This document shows positions 23,532-32,335 of a stretch of 32,335 nt of DNA, in pieces. The notes under the pieces are model-generated. The model had not been told where the DNA came from. It ran no database searches and saw only the letters and a program-made list of their open reading frames with translations. How positions within the stretch are numbered: position 1 is the stretch's first letter; every line of letters starts with the position of its first letter. The stretch is from a virus. Taxonomy: Duplodnaviria > Caudoviricetes. Position numbers and translations under genes: made by a program. The stretch is from positions 1-32,335 of IMG/VR virus record IMGVR_UViG_3300025009_000300; one strand, written 5' to 3'.

Positions 23532-24536
23532 ATGAGTGCTGAAGACATTATTAAGAAGCTTGATGAAGAAGCTGAGAGTATCGTTAGTAACCCAGTGTCC
23601 CAGGATACTGCTACTGACACAGAAGAAGTAACAGAAGCAGCTAGTGTAACCGAAAGCTTGAGAGAGCCAGAGGCAACGGAAGTTGACACTAATACACTAG
23701 AAGACGAAGAAAACGGCTTCGATTCTTCAACTGAAGAGCAGAGACAGCAACGAACCAATTGGAAGAAACGCTTTATTAACTATAAAGCCTCAACCGATAC
23801 AACAGTACATGGTCTCCGACTGGAGAACCTTAATCTCAAAGAAAGACTCAACTCTGTTATGCAGAGGATGACCCAATTTGAGAAGATGCTAACTGAGAAA
23901 CAAGAGAATAAAGACCCTTTCGAGGGGCAGTTCTCTGAAGAAGAAGTTGGAGTCTTTGGCCAAGACGGGCTAGAAATTGTAAAGAAAGCTGTCAAAACTA
24001 TTGAAGAGAAGAGAATCAAACCTCTTGAAGAGAAGCTAAAGCAGTCCGAGAATCAGAGGCAGAAAGACCTTGAGAATCAGTTAGTAGCTGAACGACAGAA
24101 GGAATACGATGTGTTCCTTGGTCGGCTTGAGTCACTGAGTCGGAATTATAAACAGCTTAACGCAGATCAGAGGTTCGTAGCTTGGCTTAATGAGCCTGAT
24201 CCGGGTGACACTTACACTCGTAAGTATTACTTGCAGAAAGCTGAAGCGGCCAGGGATGCTGTTCGTGTTGCAGACTTCTTTAATAGATATACTCAAAGCT
24301 CTAAGGCTCCTAATAGTCTCGACAGACATATCACTCCGATTGGTACCGGAAGTGGCGTAGAAATCCCAGGTAAACCAGGAAACAAATCGAACATTGATAT
24401 GAATTTTATCAATAAGTTCTATGATGACTCCGCAAGGGGCCGATATAAAGATAACCCGGCTGAAGCTCAGAAGATAGAAGCGCAGATAGATAAGTACTAT
24501 GAAACGCTTCTGCAACAGAGATCAGCCAAACGATAA
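23532..24536 (+). CDS. Capsid scaffolding protein
   Basis: Acidic N-terminus, WKKRF, coiled coil; directly before the capsid gene. Confidence 0.8.
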   Translation: MSAEDIIKKLDEEAESIVSNPVSQDTATDTEEVTEAASVTESLREPEATEVDTNTLEDEENGFDSSTEEQRQQRTNWKKRFINYKASTDTTVHGLRLENLNLKERLNSVMQRMTQFEKMLTEKQENKDPFEGQFSEEEVGVFGQDGLEIVKKAVKTIEEKRIKPLEEKLKQSENQRQKDLENQLVAERQKEYDVFLGRLESLSRNYKQLNADQRFVAWLNEPDPGDTYTRKYYLQKAEAARDAVRVADFFNRYTQSSKAPNSLDRHITPIGTGSGVEIPGKPGNKSNIDMNFINKFYDDSARGRYKDNPAEAQKIEAQIDKYYETLLQQRSAKR

Positions 24537-24548
24537 TGGAGATTTAAA

Positions 24549-25502
24549 ATGGCTGTAGGATCAACTCGTCCACCCAACGTGGGTGCTGCTCCGGCATATG
24601 CTGGCGCTGATTATAGTTCTTGGGGCGGAGATGGTAACAACTTCATTCCCCAGTTGTACGCAAATAAAGTACTTCGCCAGTTCTACGCTAGCTCGATTTG
24701 GACTAGCATCACTAATACTGACTATCAGGGTCAGATCAAAGCTCAGGGCGATCAGATCGTTATCCGTAGGACTCCTACGATTTCGACTTCTCCTTACTCC
24801 GTAGGTACTACTATTAACTACGAAGTTCCCGAGACTGATTCCTTGACAATGCGGATTGACAAGGGTCTCTACTCTGCTTTCCGTATTGATGACATTGATG
24901 CGGTTCAGAGTGACCTTCCCTTGGTCTCTATGTTTGCCAAGGATGCTGCTGAGCGTATTAAGATCGAAGTGGATCAGGAAGTACTTGAGTACTTGGCTTC
25001 TGCTGCGGACTCGAATAACTCTGGTGCTACTGCTGGTGCTATCAGCAACAACATTGATCTCGGTACCGCTGCTGCTCCTGAGACGATTACTTCTATCAAT
25101 GCGATTGACTACATCGTGAAGATTAATCAAGTTCTTGACGAAGCGAATATTCCGAGTGAGGGCCGCTTTGTAGTTGTCCCTGCTTGGTACAGCTCCATGC
25201 TTAAGCTTGGTGATCTTCGTAGGGCAGACGTAACTGGGGATGGTACTGGTGTAATTCGTACTGGTCTCATTGGCAGGATTGATCGTACCGATGTTTATCA
25301 GAACAACAACCTCTATACCCTAGCTGGCAATACTTATATTGTAGCTGGAACTAAAGAGGCGGCTTCTTTTGCTGCTCAGATCACAAAGACTGAGACTCTC
25401 CGTATCCCGGATTCGTTCGGTGAATACTGGCGTACTCTCTTTGTCTATGGTCGCCAGTGTGTTCAGCCAACTTGTTTGGTTAACATGGTTGCTACTTCTT
25501 AA
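24549..25502 (+). CDS. Major capsid protein
   Basis: FIPQLYANKVL, TNTDYQGQIKAQGDQIVI, IDDIDAVQS, LDEANIPSEGRFVVV, R.PDSFG...LFVYG (P22-coat-like). Confidence 0.92.
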   Translation: MAVGSTRPPNVGAAPAYAGADYSSWGGDGNNFIPQLYANKVLRQFYASSIWTSITNTDYQGQIKAQGDQIVIRRTPTISTSPYSVGTTINYEVPETDSLTMRIDKGLYSAFRIDDIDAVQSDLPLVSMFAKDAAERIKIEVDQEVLEYLASAADSNNSGATAGAISNNIDLGTAAAPETITSINAIDYIVKINQVLDEANIPSEGRFVVVPAWYSSMLKLGDLRRADVTGDGTGVIRTGLIGRIDRTDVYQNNNLYTLAGNTYIVAGTKEAASFAAQITKTETLRIPDSFGEYWRTLFVYGRQCVQPTCLVNMVATS

Positions 25503-25523
25503 TCTTAACTGGAGACTAATACA

Positions 25524-26042
25524 ATGGGTGCAAAATATGTAAATCATTTTTCTCTTGGTGGTGGTGCAATGCGTACCACTGTTCGCCTTGAGAGTTACGG
25601 TGTCAACGACTCTGCTCTTGCAAATGCAAACGAGTCTACTGGTACTCTTCTGTTTTCCTTTAACGATCTAGCTAGTATTGCTGATACTGATATCATCATT
25701 ATCACTGGCGCTGGTGCAAACGTGTCTCTGGATTCTACTGGTGGAAACAACACAGCAGATACCCCAGAGCTCGGGATCGGTACTCAGAAGGGTGCTGCTG
25801 TCCAGGCTACGCTTGGTGCAGACAACGCTGCTTGTGAGAACCTTCTTGGTCCGCAGGTCATGACTGACTGTAACGGTACTGCTGCGTTTGATTACGACAT
25901 GCTTACCGCTGCTCCTGTAGCTGGGGTCGGCACTGCTGACGTGTATCTTAACGTAGCTGATGGTTGGGCCGGGGTCGAAGCGATCTCTGGTCTAGAAGCC
26001 ACTGGTGATGTGGCAATTGACTGGTTCGTGTTCAGCGCATAA
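25524..26042 (+). CDS. Probable capsid decoration / minor head protein
   Basis: Between the capsid gene and its terminator; A/G/T/D-rich beta-type composition. Confidence 0.55.
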   Translation: MGAKYVNHFSLGGGAMRTTVRLESYGVNDSALANANESTGTLLFSFNDLASIADTDIIIITGAGANVSLDSTGGNNTADTPELGIGTQKGAAVQATLGADNAACENLLGPQVMTDCNGTAAFDYDMLTAAPVAGVGTADVYLNVADGWAGVEAISGLEATGDVAIDWFVFSA

Positions 26043-26057
26043 GCTGTAATTCAATCT

Positions 26058-26100
26058 AACCCCTGGCTCTGCCTAATAACGGAGCCAGGGTTCTCTCTTT
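26058..26100 (+). terminator. Rho-independent terminator after the capsid genes
   Basis: CCCTGGCTCT / GGAGCCAGGG stem followed by TTCTCTCTTT. Confidence 0.75.
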
Positions 26101-26114
26101 GGGAGGAGAAACCA

Positions 26115-26477
26115 ATGGCACTAAAGAACGCTAAAGTAGAAAAGAAACATGGAGTAGGGTACTACGTGGCTTACCGTAGGGAAGCTAAGAAGTATTGCTG
26201 TGTTTCCGAGAAGCATTACAACAATTACGGTGTAGAGTATGAGCGGGGTCAGTTCTATCATGATTACATGGATGCTGCTAAGGCTACTGATGTATTGAAT
26301 CATGGTGAAGACTTTGAAGTACCTGAGAACTCAGTAATCATAGTAAATCCAAAAGAACCCGAAGTGTCTCTACAACGATCCAACGAGTTGTCTCTAGAGA
26401 CAGTTTCAAATGAACCGGAACCCTTGGTGACTGAAACCAAAGTCCCTGGTAAACGAGCAGTAAAATTTAAAGAATAA
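26115..26477 (+). CDS. Hypothetical protein
   Basis: 120-aa ORF with GGAGGAG RBS. Confidence 0.75.
   Translation: MALKNAKVEKKHGVGYYVAYRREAKKYCCVSEKHYNNYGVEYERGQFYHDYMDAAKATDVLNHGEDFEVPENSVIIVNPKEPEVSLQRSNELSLETVSNEPEPLVTETKVPGKRAVKFKE
26389..26402. repeat. 14-bp palindrome TGTCTCYRGAGACA
   Basis: TGTCTCTAGAGACA in 26115-26477 (LSLET). Confidence 0.95.
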
Positions 26478-26492
26478 CAAAGGTGAAATGAG

Positions 26493-27125
26493 ATGAGTAA
26501 TACAATTAGTAAATTAGGTATCGGTCGGCTCTGGCTAGACGGTACTGAGGTAACTGCAACTGCTAGTGAACTCAATGCACTAGATGGCATTACCGCTAGC
26601 GTAACAGAGCTAAATCGGGTGGCAGATGTCACCAGTGATGCTATGAGTGCTTCTACGGTGATGGCAGCTACTGTTGCTGACTATAGGGCAATAACTAACC
26701 GTGTTGGCGACGTTATTAAGACTGTGATCTATGTAGACCTTACTGGTGCCAAGAGTACAACTACTGATCTAGATGTCATCGGTGACACTGGGGCTTGCCA
26801 TATTGGTAGGGTTACTACTGCTGTAAACGGTCTCTTGTTCAAAGCTCGTATGTCTTGCGCTGAAACCCCTGCTACTGGGGCTGATGACATTAACCTTGCT
26901 ACGTCTACTGCTGCTACTGGTGCATATGATGCTGATGCCTCTGGCTTGGCTGGGTATGTTCTTAACCTGGATTCAAATGGTGCATGGGTCAAAGGAAGAT
27001 CAGTGAATGTTACCACAGCTCCGGCTGTTGACAGTTACCTTTACCTTATTAATGGTGAGGCCGGTGTGGTAGGTACTTACACTGCTGGTATGATCGTTAT
27101 TGAACTTTGGGGCTATGTTGTATAA
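26493..27125 (+). CDS. Probable virion structural protein
   Basis: VTATASELNALDGITASVTELN short repeat followed by a T/A/G-rich beta domain. Confidence 0.6.
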   Translation: MSNTISKLGIGRLWLDGTEVTATASELNALDGITASVTELNRVADVTSDAMSASTVMAATVADYRAITNRVGDVIKTVIYVDLTGAKSTTTDLDVIGDTGACHIGRVTTAVNGLLFKARMSCAETPATGADDINLATSTAATGAYDADASGLAGYVLNLDSNGAWVKGRSVNVTTAPAVDSYLYLINGEAGVVGTYTAGMIVIELWGYVV

Positions 27126-27146
27126 TCTTAACTAAGGAGTTCCACT

Positions 27147-28040
27147 ATGAACTATCTGGATATGTGTAAATCTACATATCGTCTAGTTGGAGAAAGTGGA
27201 GCATTCAATTCAGTATCCACCGCTACTGGTTTCGAGCTAGTTGTAGCTGAAGCAGTATCGGAAGCATGGGAAGACATTCAAAGGGAACGTCCAGACTTTA
27301 CGTTTAGGCGTTCCCATTCTTTTGTTAAGATAGACAGTACTAAGCAAATCTATAGTCCATCTACGGATTGGGGTTTGACAGACTTTGGATATCATGACAA
27401 GTCCATGCTGCTGTATGACAATGCCCCGCTTAGCCTCTATTCTTACGATAGGTTTCTGACTACACCAGTTAGCCAGAATGACTACAAGATAAACTTTACT
27501 TCTGGTGGAGTAGGAGTTCTAGAAATCGGAGTAGACATCGTTGGGGATACTAGTGGTGCTACTGCGACTATCAGTTCCGATATTACTCTTTCGTCTGGTT
27601 CCTTCGCTGGAGGGGACGCTGCTGGATACTTCTATGTAGAAGATGTTCACGGAGCATTTACTGATGGAGAGGGAATCGAAGTATCTTCGGTCAACTTCGC
27701 TACACTCACAGATACAGAGCAGAGCACCGGGAGTCAGCCCTATGCGTACACGATAATCCCTAGCTCTCAAGACCTCTATTTCAATAAACTCAATGATGCT
27801 TATGTAGTAGACTTCAATTACTTTAAGAAACTAGAGTCACTGAGTTCGAATGCCGATACTCCTACTTTTCGTTATGAATGGCATATGCTGATTGTGTATC
27901 GAGCCGTCTCTGAGCTAGCTTCGTACCTTGGGGAACCAGTGCTGGAGCAAAGGTACTCTATGAAGTACTCTCAGATGCTTGGGCAAATGATGAGATCAGA
28001 AGTCCCTGGGAGATATATTAAGAAGAGGCCGATAGCGTAA
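27147..28040 (+). CDS. Head-tail adaptor / tail tubular protein A-like, with internal insertion
   Basis: MNYLDMC...AWEDIQ N-terminus and TP...WHMLIVYRA C-terminus; position before the large tail gene. Confidence 0.65.
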   Translation: MNYLDMCKSTYRLVGESGAFNSVSTATGFELVVAEAVSEAWEDIQRERPDFTFRRSHSFVKIDSTKQIYSPSTDWGLTDFGYHDKSMLLYDNAPLSLYSYDRFLTTPVSQNDYKINFTSGGVGVLEIGVDIVGDTSGATATISSDITLSSGSFAGGDAAGYFYVEDVHGAFTDGEGIEVSSVNFATLTDTEQSTGSQPYAYTIIPSSQDLYFNKLNDAYVVDFNYFKKLESLSSNADTPTFRYEWHMLIVYRAVSELASYLGEPVLEQRYSMKYSQMLGQMMRSEVPGRYIKKRPIA

Positions 28041-30439
28041 TGAGACCCAACAAGATTACAATGCCACAGGTCAGGGACCAGATAGTCCAGTTTACTGGAG
28101 GAGTAAACGAGTCTGAGACCCAACTGGAATTGAAACCAGGGGAACTCATTGCTTGTCAGAACTACATGGAAGCAGACGGGCCAGCAAAGGGCTACGTCTC
28201 GTTGAAAGGGTTCGAGAGGTATGATGGAACTACCTTGGCTTCTACTATAGATGTTCCTATACTAAGGGATTATGGGCTACTGAACAATGATACAGTGGTC
28301 TTGCTTGAGTCAGATGGGACTCTTGGGTTTATTGATTTAAACAGTTCTGAGATATTCACAAGTACTTCTGTAACAGAGCCAGAGACACACTCCTTCTTTC
28401 CTAAATTTAAGGACACTTCTTTCTCCGTGAACAATCATGTTGGCGGGCTCTCAATGACTGATCCAACAAGTCTTATAGACCTCTCTGTAGATGACTTTAC
28501 AGTAGACTTTAGGTTCAAAGCTGGACTCTTAATAGATGAAACAATTGACTCTACTCTTATTAATAAGACTGGAGTATTCAGAGTCTACTGTGATAGTGAT
28601 GGGACTGATCTAAGGTTTGCTTTCAGCATCTCAGATGTAGCACCATCAACCACTACTGTAATTACTTCTAAGAAGATAGAGAGAAATGGAGAATACCATG
28701 TAGTTCTCTCAAGCAAAGTAGTAGCTGGAACTAGAATCACTAGGCTTTTAGTGAACGGGGAAACTCTCATAGAGAATGGCACCTTCGATACAGCAGAGAT
28801 TACAGGAACTGATGCGCTAGTATCCAACACCAATGCTCTCACTATCGGAGCCACTGTTCCAGCAACTAACACAGGTTCTACTTATGGATATTTCGATGCA
28901 ATCCGGATAGACATAGGCTCTTATAGATACTTTGGTCACTATGACATTCCTACACTCCCCTACTCTGATCCGGGGTATAGCACAATCAACTATGATGACA
29001 GGTCTAGGGAACTAGAGAGGGCTACTATCAAGCCCCCTTCTCTAGCTTACCAACCAAGTGGCATAGCATACTTCTCAGAGGATCACAAGATATACGTTAA
29101 AGCTGGGAACAAAGTTTACAACGACTCCGCTTCTGGATGGGTACAGAATACCAATATCACTCCAAATGCCCCAGAGTCAGCTACATATACTTCAGAGGTT
29201 ATGAGGACCGGGGGAACACTCAAAGGGGCTGACTACCGTATAGATGGATTTGATAGTGGTTCTTCAGTTCTGATCTTAGTTGATGGGGTTTCTTTACCTC
29301 GGATTTGGGATGGGACTACCTGCACAGTACTAACCGACATAGCTATACTAGAGATGGCAGATGCGGGTCAGTACCCATCCTTCACTATGGTCTGGGCTAA
29401 TAGAGTGGTACTTGGGTACGCTAGTGGACAGTTACTCATGTCAGCTTCATTCTCTCCTACAGATTTCTCTGGGGGATTCGGGGCTGGAGTAGTCCTTGGA
29501 GATGCTTTAGTAGGCTTCGCAGAAGGACCAGAGGACACCATGATCTGTTTTATGAGGAACAGTATCAAGGTATTCTACAGCAGGATAGAAGCTAGTGCAG
29601 ACTTTACTATGACATCTAAGGTGTTCTCTAGGTCATCTGGAGCTATCGAGGGTACTATACAGAGGGCATTAAGTGACATAGTATACGCAGATGACAGAGG
29701 GGTTCTCTCGTTTCAGTCTACAGATAAGTACGGAGATTTTGAATCAGTAGCTCTGACCAAGAAGGTGAACAAAACTTTCCAGAGTAAGAAGCTAACGATC
29801 ACTTGCTCTATGATAGATAAAGAGAGTAACCAGTATCGGCTCTTCTTCGAAGATGGCTCAGGAATGATCTTCACATTTGATAAAGAGGGTAAGTTAGCTG
29901 GAGCTACTTTCTGCAAGTATCAGATCCCGGTGAGAGAAGTGGTTACTGGGGAAGATGTTAGTGGGAACATAGTGAAGTACTTTGTGTCCTCTACTAACTA
30001 TGTCTACAAGATGGACTCTGGAACCTCTTTTGATGGGATCGACATACCAGTTGCCATAGAAACCTCGTTCCATAGCTACGGTGGTGCTAGGTACTGGAAG
30101 CGTTTTAGGAAGATCATCTTCGAGATAGACGCTGAAGACTATCACTTGTGGTTCAATTACAAAGTGAACTATGATTACAAAGAGAACTTCATCAATAACT
30201 CCCAGGATACTTCGTTGAGTCTCTTTGATACTATGTCTTCTTCTTCTCTCTGGGCTAAGGGAGACTGGGGTTCTTTCTTCTGGAGAAGCAAGAGTCTAGT
30301 TGAAAGACCAGCTCTGAATATCTCAGGCTATGGAACCAACATGAGTCTTGCAATGAATCACTCAAGCAGATACTTGAATCAGCACATTCTACACAACATG
30401 ATTGTGGATTACTCAGTGAACAATAGGAAAAGGAGATAG
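28040..30439 (+). CDS. Tail tubular protein B / stabilisation protein with a LamG-like insertion
   Basis: N-terminal FTGGVN, propeller-like middle, C-terminal KRFRK; internal DFTVDF...YHVVL...LLVNG...LTIGA...GYFDAIRI. Confidence 0.7.
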   Translation: MRPNKITMPQVRDQIVQFTGGVNESETQLELKPGELIACQNYMEADGPAKGYVSLKGFERYDGTTLASTIDVPILRDYGLLNNDTVVLLESDGTLGFIDLNSSEIFTSTSVTEPETHSFFPKFKDTSFSVNNHVGGLSMTDPTSLIDLSVDDFTVDFRFKAGLLIDETIDSTLINKTGVFRVYCDSDGTDLRFAFSISDVAPSTTTVITSKKIERNGEYHVVLSSKVVAGTRITRLLVNGETLIENGTFDTAEITGTDALVSNTNALTIGATVPATNTGSTYGYFDAIRIDIGSYRYFGHYDIPTLPYSDPGYSTINYDDRSRELERATIKPPSLAYQPSGIAYFSEDHKIYVKAGNKVYNDSASGWVQNTNITPNAPESATYTSEVMRTGGTLKGADYRIDGFDSGSSVLILVDGVSLPRIWDGTTCTVLTDIAILEMADAGQYPSFTMVWANRVVLGYASGQLLMSASFSPTDFSGGFGAGVVLGDALVGFAEGPEDTMICFMRNSIKVFYSRIEASADFTMTSKVFSRSSGAIEGTIQRALSDIVYADDRGVLSFQSTDKYGDFESVALTKKVNKTFQSKKLTITCSMIDKESNQYRLFFEDGSGMIFTFDKEGKLAGATFCKYQIPVREVVTGEDVSGNIVKYFVSSTNYVYKMDSGTSFDGIDIPVAIETSFHSYGGARYWKRFRKIIFEIDAEDYHLWFNYKVNYDYKENFINNSQDTSLSLFDTMSSSSLWAKGDWGSFFWRSKSLVERPALNISGYGTNMSLAMNHSSRYLNQHILHNMIVDYSVNNRKRR

Positions 30440-30444
30440 AGCAA

Positions 30445-32187
30445 GTGGGTACTAATAGATTTTTTAATCCTGGGACATCTCTTGATGTTACTAATGGAAC
30501 AGTCTCTGATGAGACAGACATCAATGATGTAGTGGATGATGTAACTGACTCTTTTAATCTAGTGGAAGACGACATAACTCTGTTAGCTGCGGAGGTTTTT
30601 ACCGGAGGAATTCTAGACAATACTGGACTCACTACCCCAGTTACCCTAGGGTACACTGCTGCTGTTCCTCCTGCAACTCCAGCAGAGTACTCAGTGACTC
30701 TAGTTAATGACGCTGCTGCGAACATCAATAGTGTCTCTACAGATGGAACTCTTGCTGGGAATACTGATACAGATATCCCAACTGAGAAAGCAGTGAAGAC
30801 CTATGTGGACACTGGATTAGCTACAAAACTTGCTGCTACCTTAAGCACAGATGGGACATTAGCTGCAAATCTAGATACTAATGTATCCTCTCAAAAAGCA
30901 GTTAAGACTTATGTAGACACCGGATTAGCAACTAAACCAACTGCTGTTCTTGACACTTCTACGGACTTAGACGGGGCAGGAGCTAGTGATGCAAAGGTGC
31001 CATCCCAACTAGCAGTAAAGACATATGCTGATACTAAAGTAGCTGGAACACTTAGTACAGATGGAACTATGGCTGGAAACTCTGATACAGATGTTCCTTC
31101 GGAACAAGCTGTTAAGACTTATGTTGATGCCTCTGTAGCTAGTAGTACTGGAGAGTATTTTCCAAATATTCTATTAAATCAAGAAATGATGGTAGATCAA
31201 AGAAATGGGAGTTTAGCAGTAACATCTCCATCTGGAAGTTATCTTTCTACAGCAGATAGATGGAGGACTGGGAAAGATGCGACGGATGAGTTAGTAGCTA
31301 CAGTACAGAAAATTAGTGGTTTTTTTGGATCAAGTTATACTGATGCCAGTAGGGCCTACTTGCAAGCTACTACTACTACTAAAGAAACTACTGTAGCAGC
31401 AGATGAGTTTTTTAAACCTTTTAGTTATAAATTCTCTTCAGTTGAATCCTCTCAGATATCTTTTTCTGGACCTTTTACTTTATCTTTTAATATAAGTTCT
31501 AATGCCCCAAGTGGAACTATCTTTTCTGTTTCACTATCTGGTTTAATACTAGTTTCTCCATACTCTTATATTTCTGATTTTGAGTACACTAGCACAGGTG
31601 TTACACAGAATGTAGTTATAAACAATATTAATAACTCTGTTGTCGTAGATGAGTTATGCATTGCTGCATATGGGGGAAGCAATTACCAGACTAGCACATT
31701 GGACTCCTGGGTTAGTGATGCTACAGATAATCTCTGTTCTACTACTGCTACAAACTGGATAAGTATATCTAATACCACTTATGTCTCTATATCTTCTGTC
31801 CAACTCACTTCTAGTAGTTCTGCACAGACTATAAAGAGAAAATCCTTTAGTGAGTATTTAAGAGAGTGTCAAGCTTTCTATGAAAAAAGTTATGATACGG
31901 ATGTTGTTCCGGGGACAGCAGATGATGATGGGGCTATCTCTGAATTTGCTACAAGGAATTCAGCTACTTGGACAAAAGGAAGTCAATTCAAAGAGACGAA
32001 ATCTGCTGTTCCAACAGTAACTATTTATGCTCCAACTTCTGGTAACAGCGGTAATGTTACAAACAACGGAGACAAAGTAGCTGCTGCTGATAACATAGGA
32101 ACTCAAGGATTTTCAGATGTTACTATCACTGGTGGGGACACTGCTCAGAACTGTTTATACCACTGGACTGCTGAAGTAGCTTTATAA
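30445..32187 (+). CDS. Tail fibre / receptor-binding protein
   Basis: GTG start; four AVKTYVD-type repeats; NILLN...DQR...ADRW and ECQAFYEKSY motifs common in phage fibres. Confidence 0.75.
   Translation: MGTNRFFNPGTSLDVTNGTVSDETDINDVVDDVTDSFNLVEDDITLLAAEVFTGGILDNTGLTTPVTLGYTAAVPPATPAEYSVTLVNDAAANINSVSTDGTLAGNTDTDIPTEKAVKTYVDTGLATKLAATLSTDGTLAANLDTNVSSQKAVKTYVDTGLATKPTAVLDTSTDLDGAGASDAKVPSQLAVKTYADTKVAGTLSTDGTMAGNSDTDVPSEQAVKTYVDASVASSTGEYFPNILLNQEMMVDQRNGSLAVTSPSGSYLSTADRWRTGKDATDELVATVQKISGFFGSSYTDASRAYLQATTTTKETTVAADEFFKPFSYKFSSVESSQISFSGPFTLSFNISSNAPSGTIFSVSLSGLILVSPYSYISDFEYTSTGVTQNVVINNINNSVVVDELCIAAYGGSNYQTSTLDSWVSDATDNLCSTTATNWISISNTTYVSISSVQLTSSSSAQTIKRKSFSEYLRECQAFYEKSYDTDVVPGTADDDGAISEFATRNSATWTKGSQFKETKSAVPTVTIYAPTSGNSGNVTNNGDKVAAADNIGTQGFSDVTITGGDTAQNCLYHWTAEVAL
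30730..31130 (+). repeat. Four ~35-aa repeats in the fibre shaft
   Basis: STDGT(L/M)A.N.DT.(I/V)(P/S)...AVKTY(V/A)D four times, the third degenerate. Confidence 0.85.
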
Positions 32188-32211
32188 AACTATTAGTTTA
32201 GGAAAAAGAAT

Positions 32212-32335
32212 ATGGCAACAACTGACTTAACACTACAACCTGCTGAGAAAGTAACAGCTCTTACTGGGTATACACCGGATAAAGAAATTAATGTAGCTAG
32301 GGTCAGCGAGACTCCTCAGTACTTCACTAACACTC
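32212..32335 (+). CDS. Start of next gene (truncated; possibly an internal virion protein)
   Basis: MATTDLTLQPAEKVTALTGYTPDKEINVARVSETPQYFTNT, open to the window end; AGGA upstream. Confidence 0.6.
   Translation, partial: MATTDLTLQPAEKVTALTGYTPDKEINVARVSETPQYFTNT

Noticed and set aside
24561-25130. 189-aa minus-strand ORF and similar antisense ORFs in structural genes
   Set aside because: Shadow frames of well-supported plus-strand genes.
1350-26402. Palindromes as a CRISPR array
   Set aside because: Copies are 14 bp, spaced 0.4-7 kb apart and mostly inside genes; there is no regular repeat-spacer pattern and no cas gene.
30502-30516. GTCTC-TGAT-GAGACA
   Set aside because: The spacer is 4 nt rather than 2, so it does not fit the consensus geometry.

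Overview
This window is 32.3 kb of a tailed dsDNA phage, podovirus-like and probably lytic, with two divergent arms that meet at a non-coding control region near 17.4-18.1 kb. The minus-strand arm (17.3 kb to 1) starts with many small early genes separated by long RNA hairpins. It continues with a CobT-like vWA / CobS-like MoxR AAA+ pair, a T7-type primase-helicase and a family A DNA polymerase. It ends with a sigma70-family sigma factor, a gp2.5-like SSB, a gp6-like exonuclease and an endonuclease I that is cut by the window edge. The plus-strand arm encodes small and large terminase, portal, scaffold, major capsid, probable decoration and tail proteins, and a tail fibre. The strongest unexplained signal is a 14-bp palindrome, TGTCTC-YR-GAGACA, with 13 perfect copies and 2 one-mismatch copies. 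Ten of the 15 lie inside genes, and they are densest in the early region, which suggests a genome-wide protein-binding-site system. Other notable items are two large structured non-coding regions, two palindrome-containing alternative-fold hairpins, a four-member family of small Cys-rich proteins, and a repeat-rich SSB leader. All assignments come from reading motifs by eye; no database search or folding program was run.
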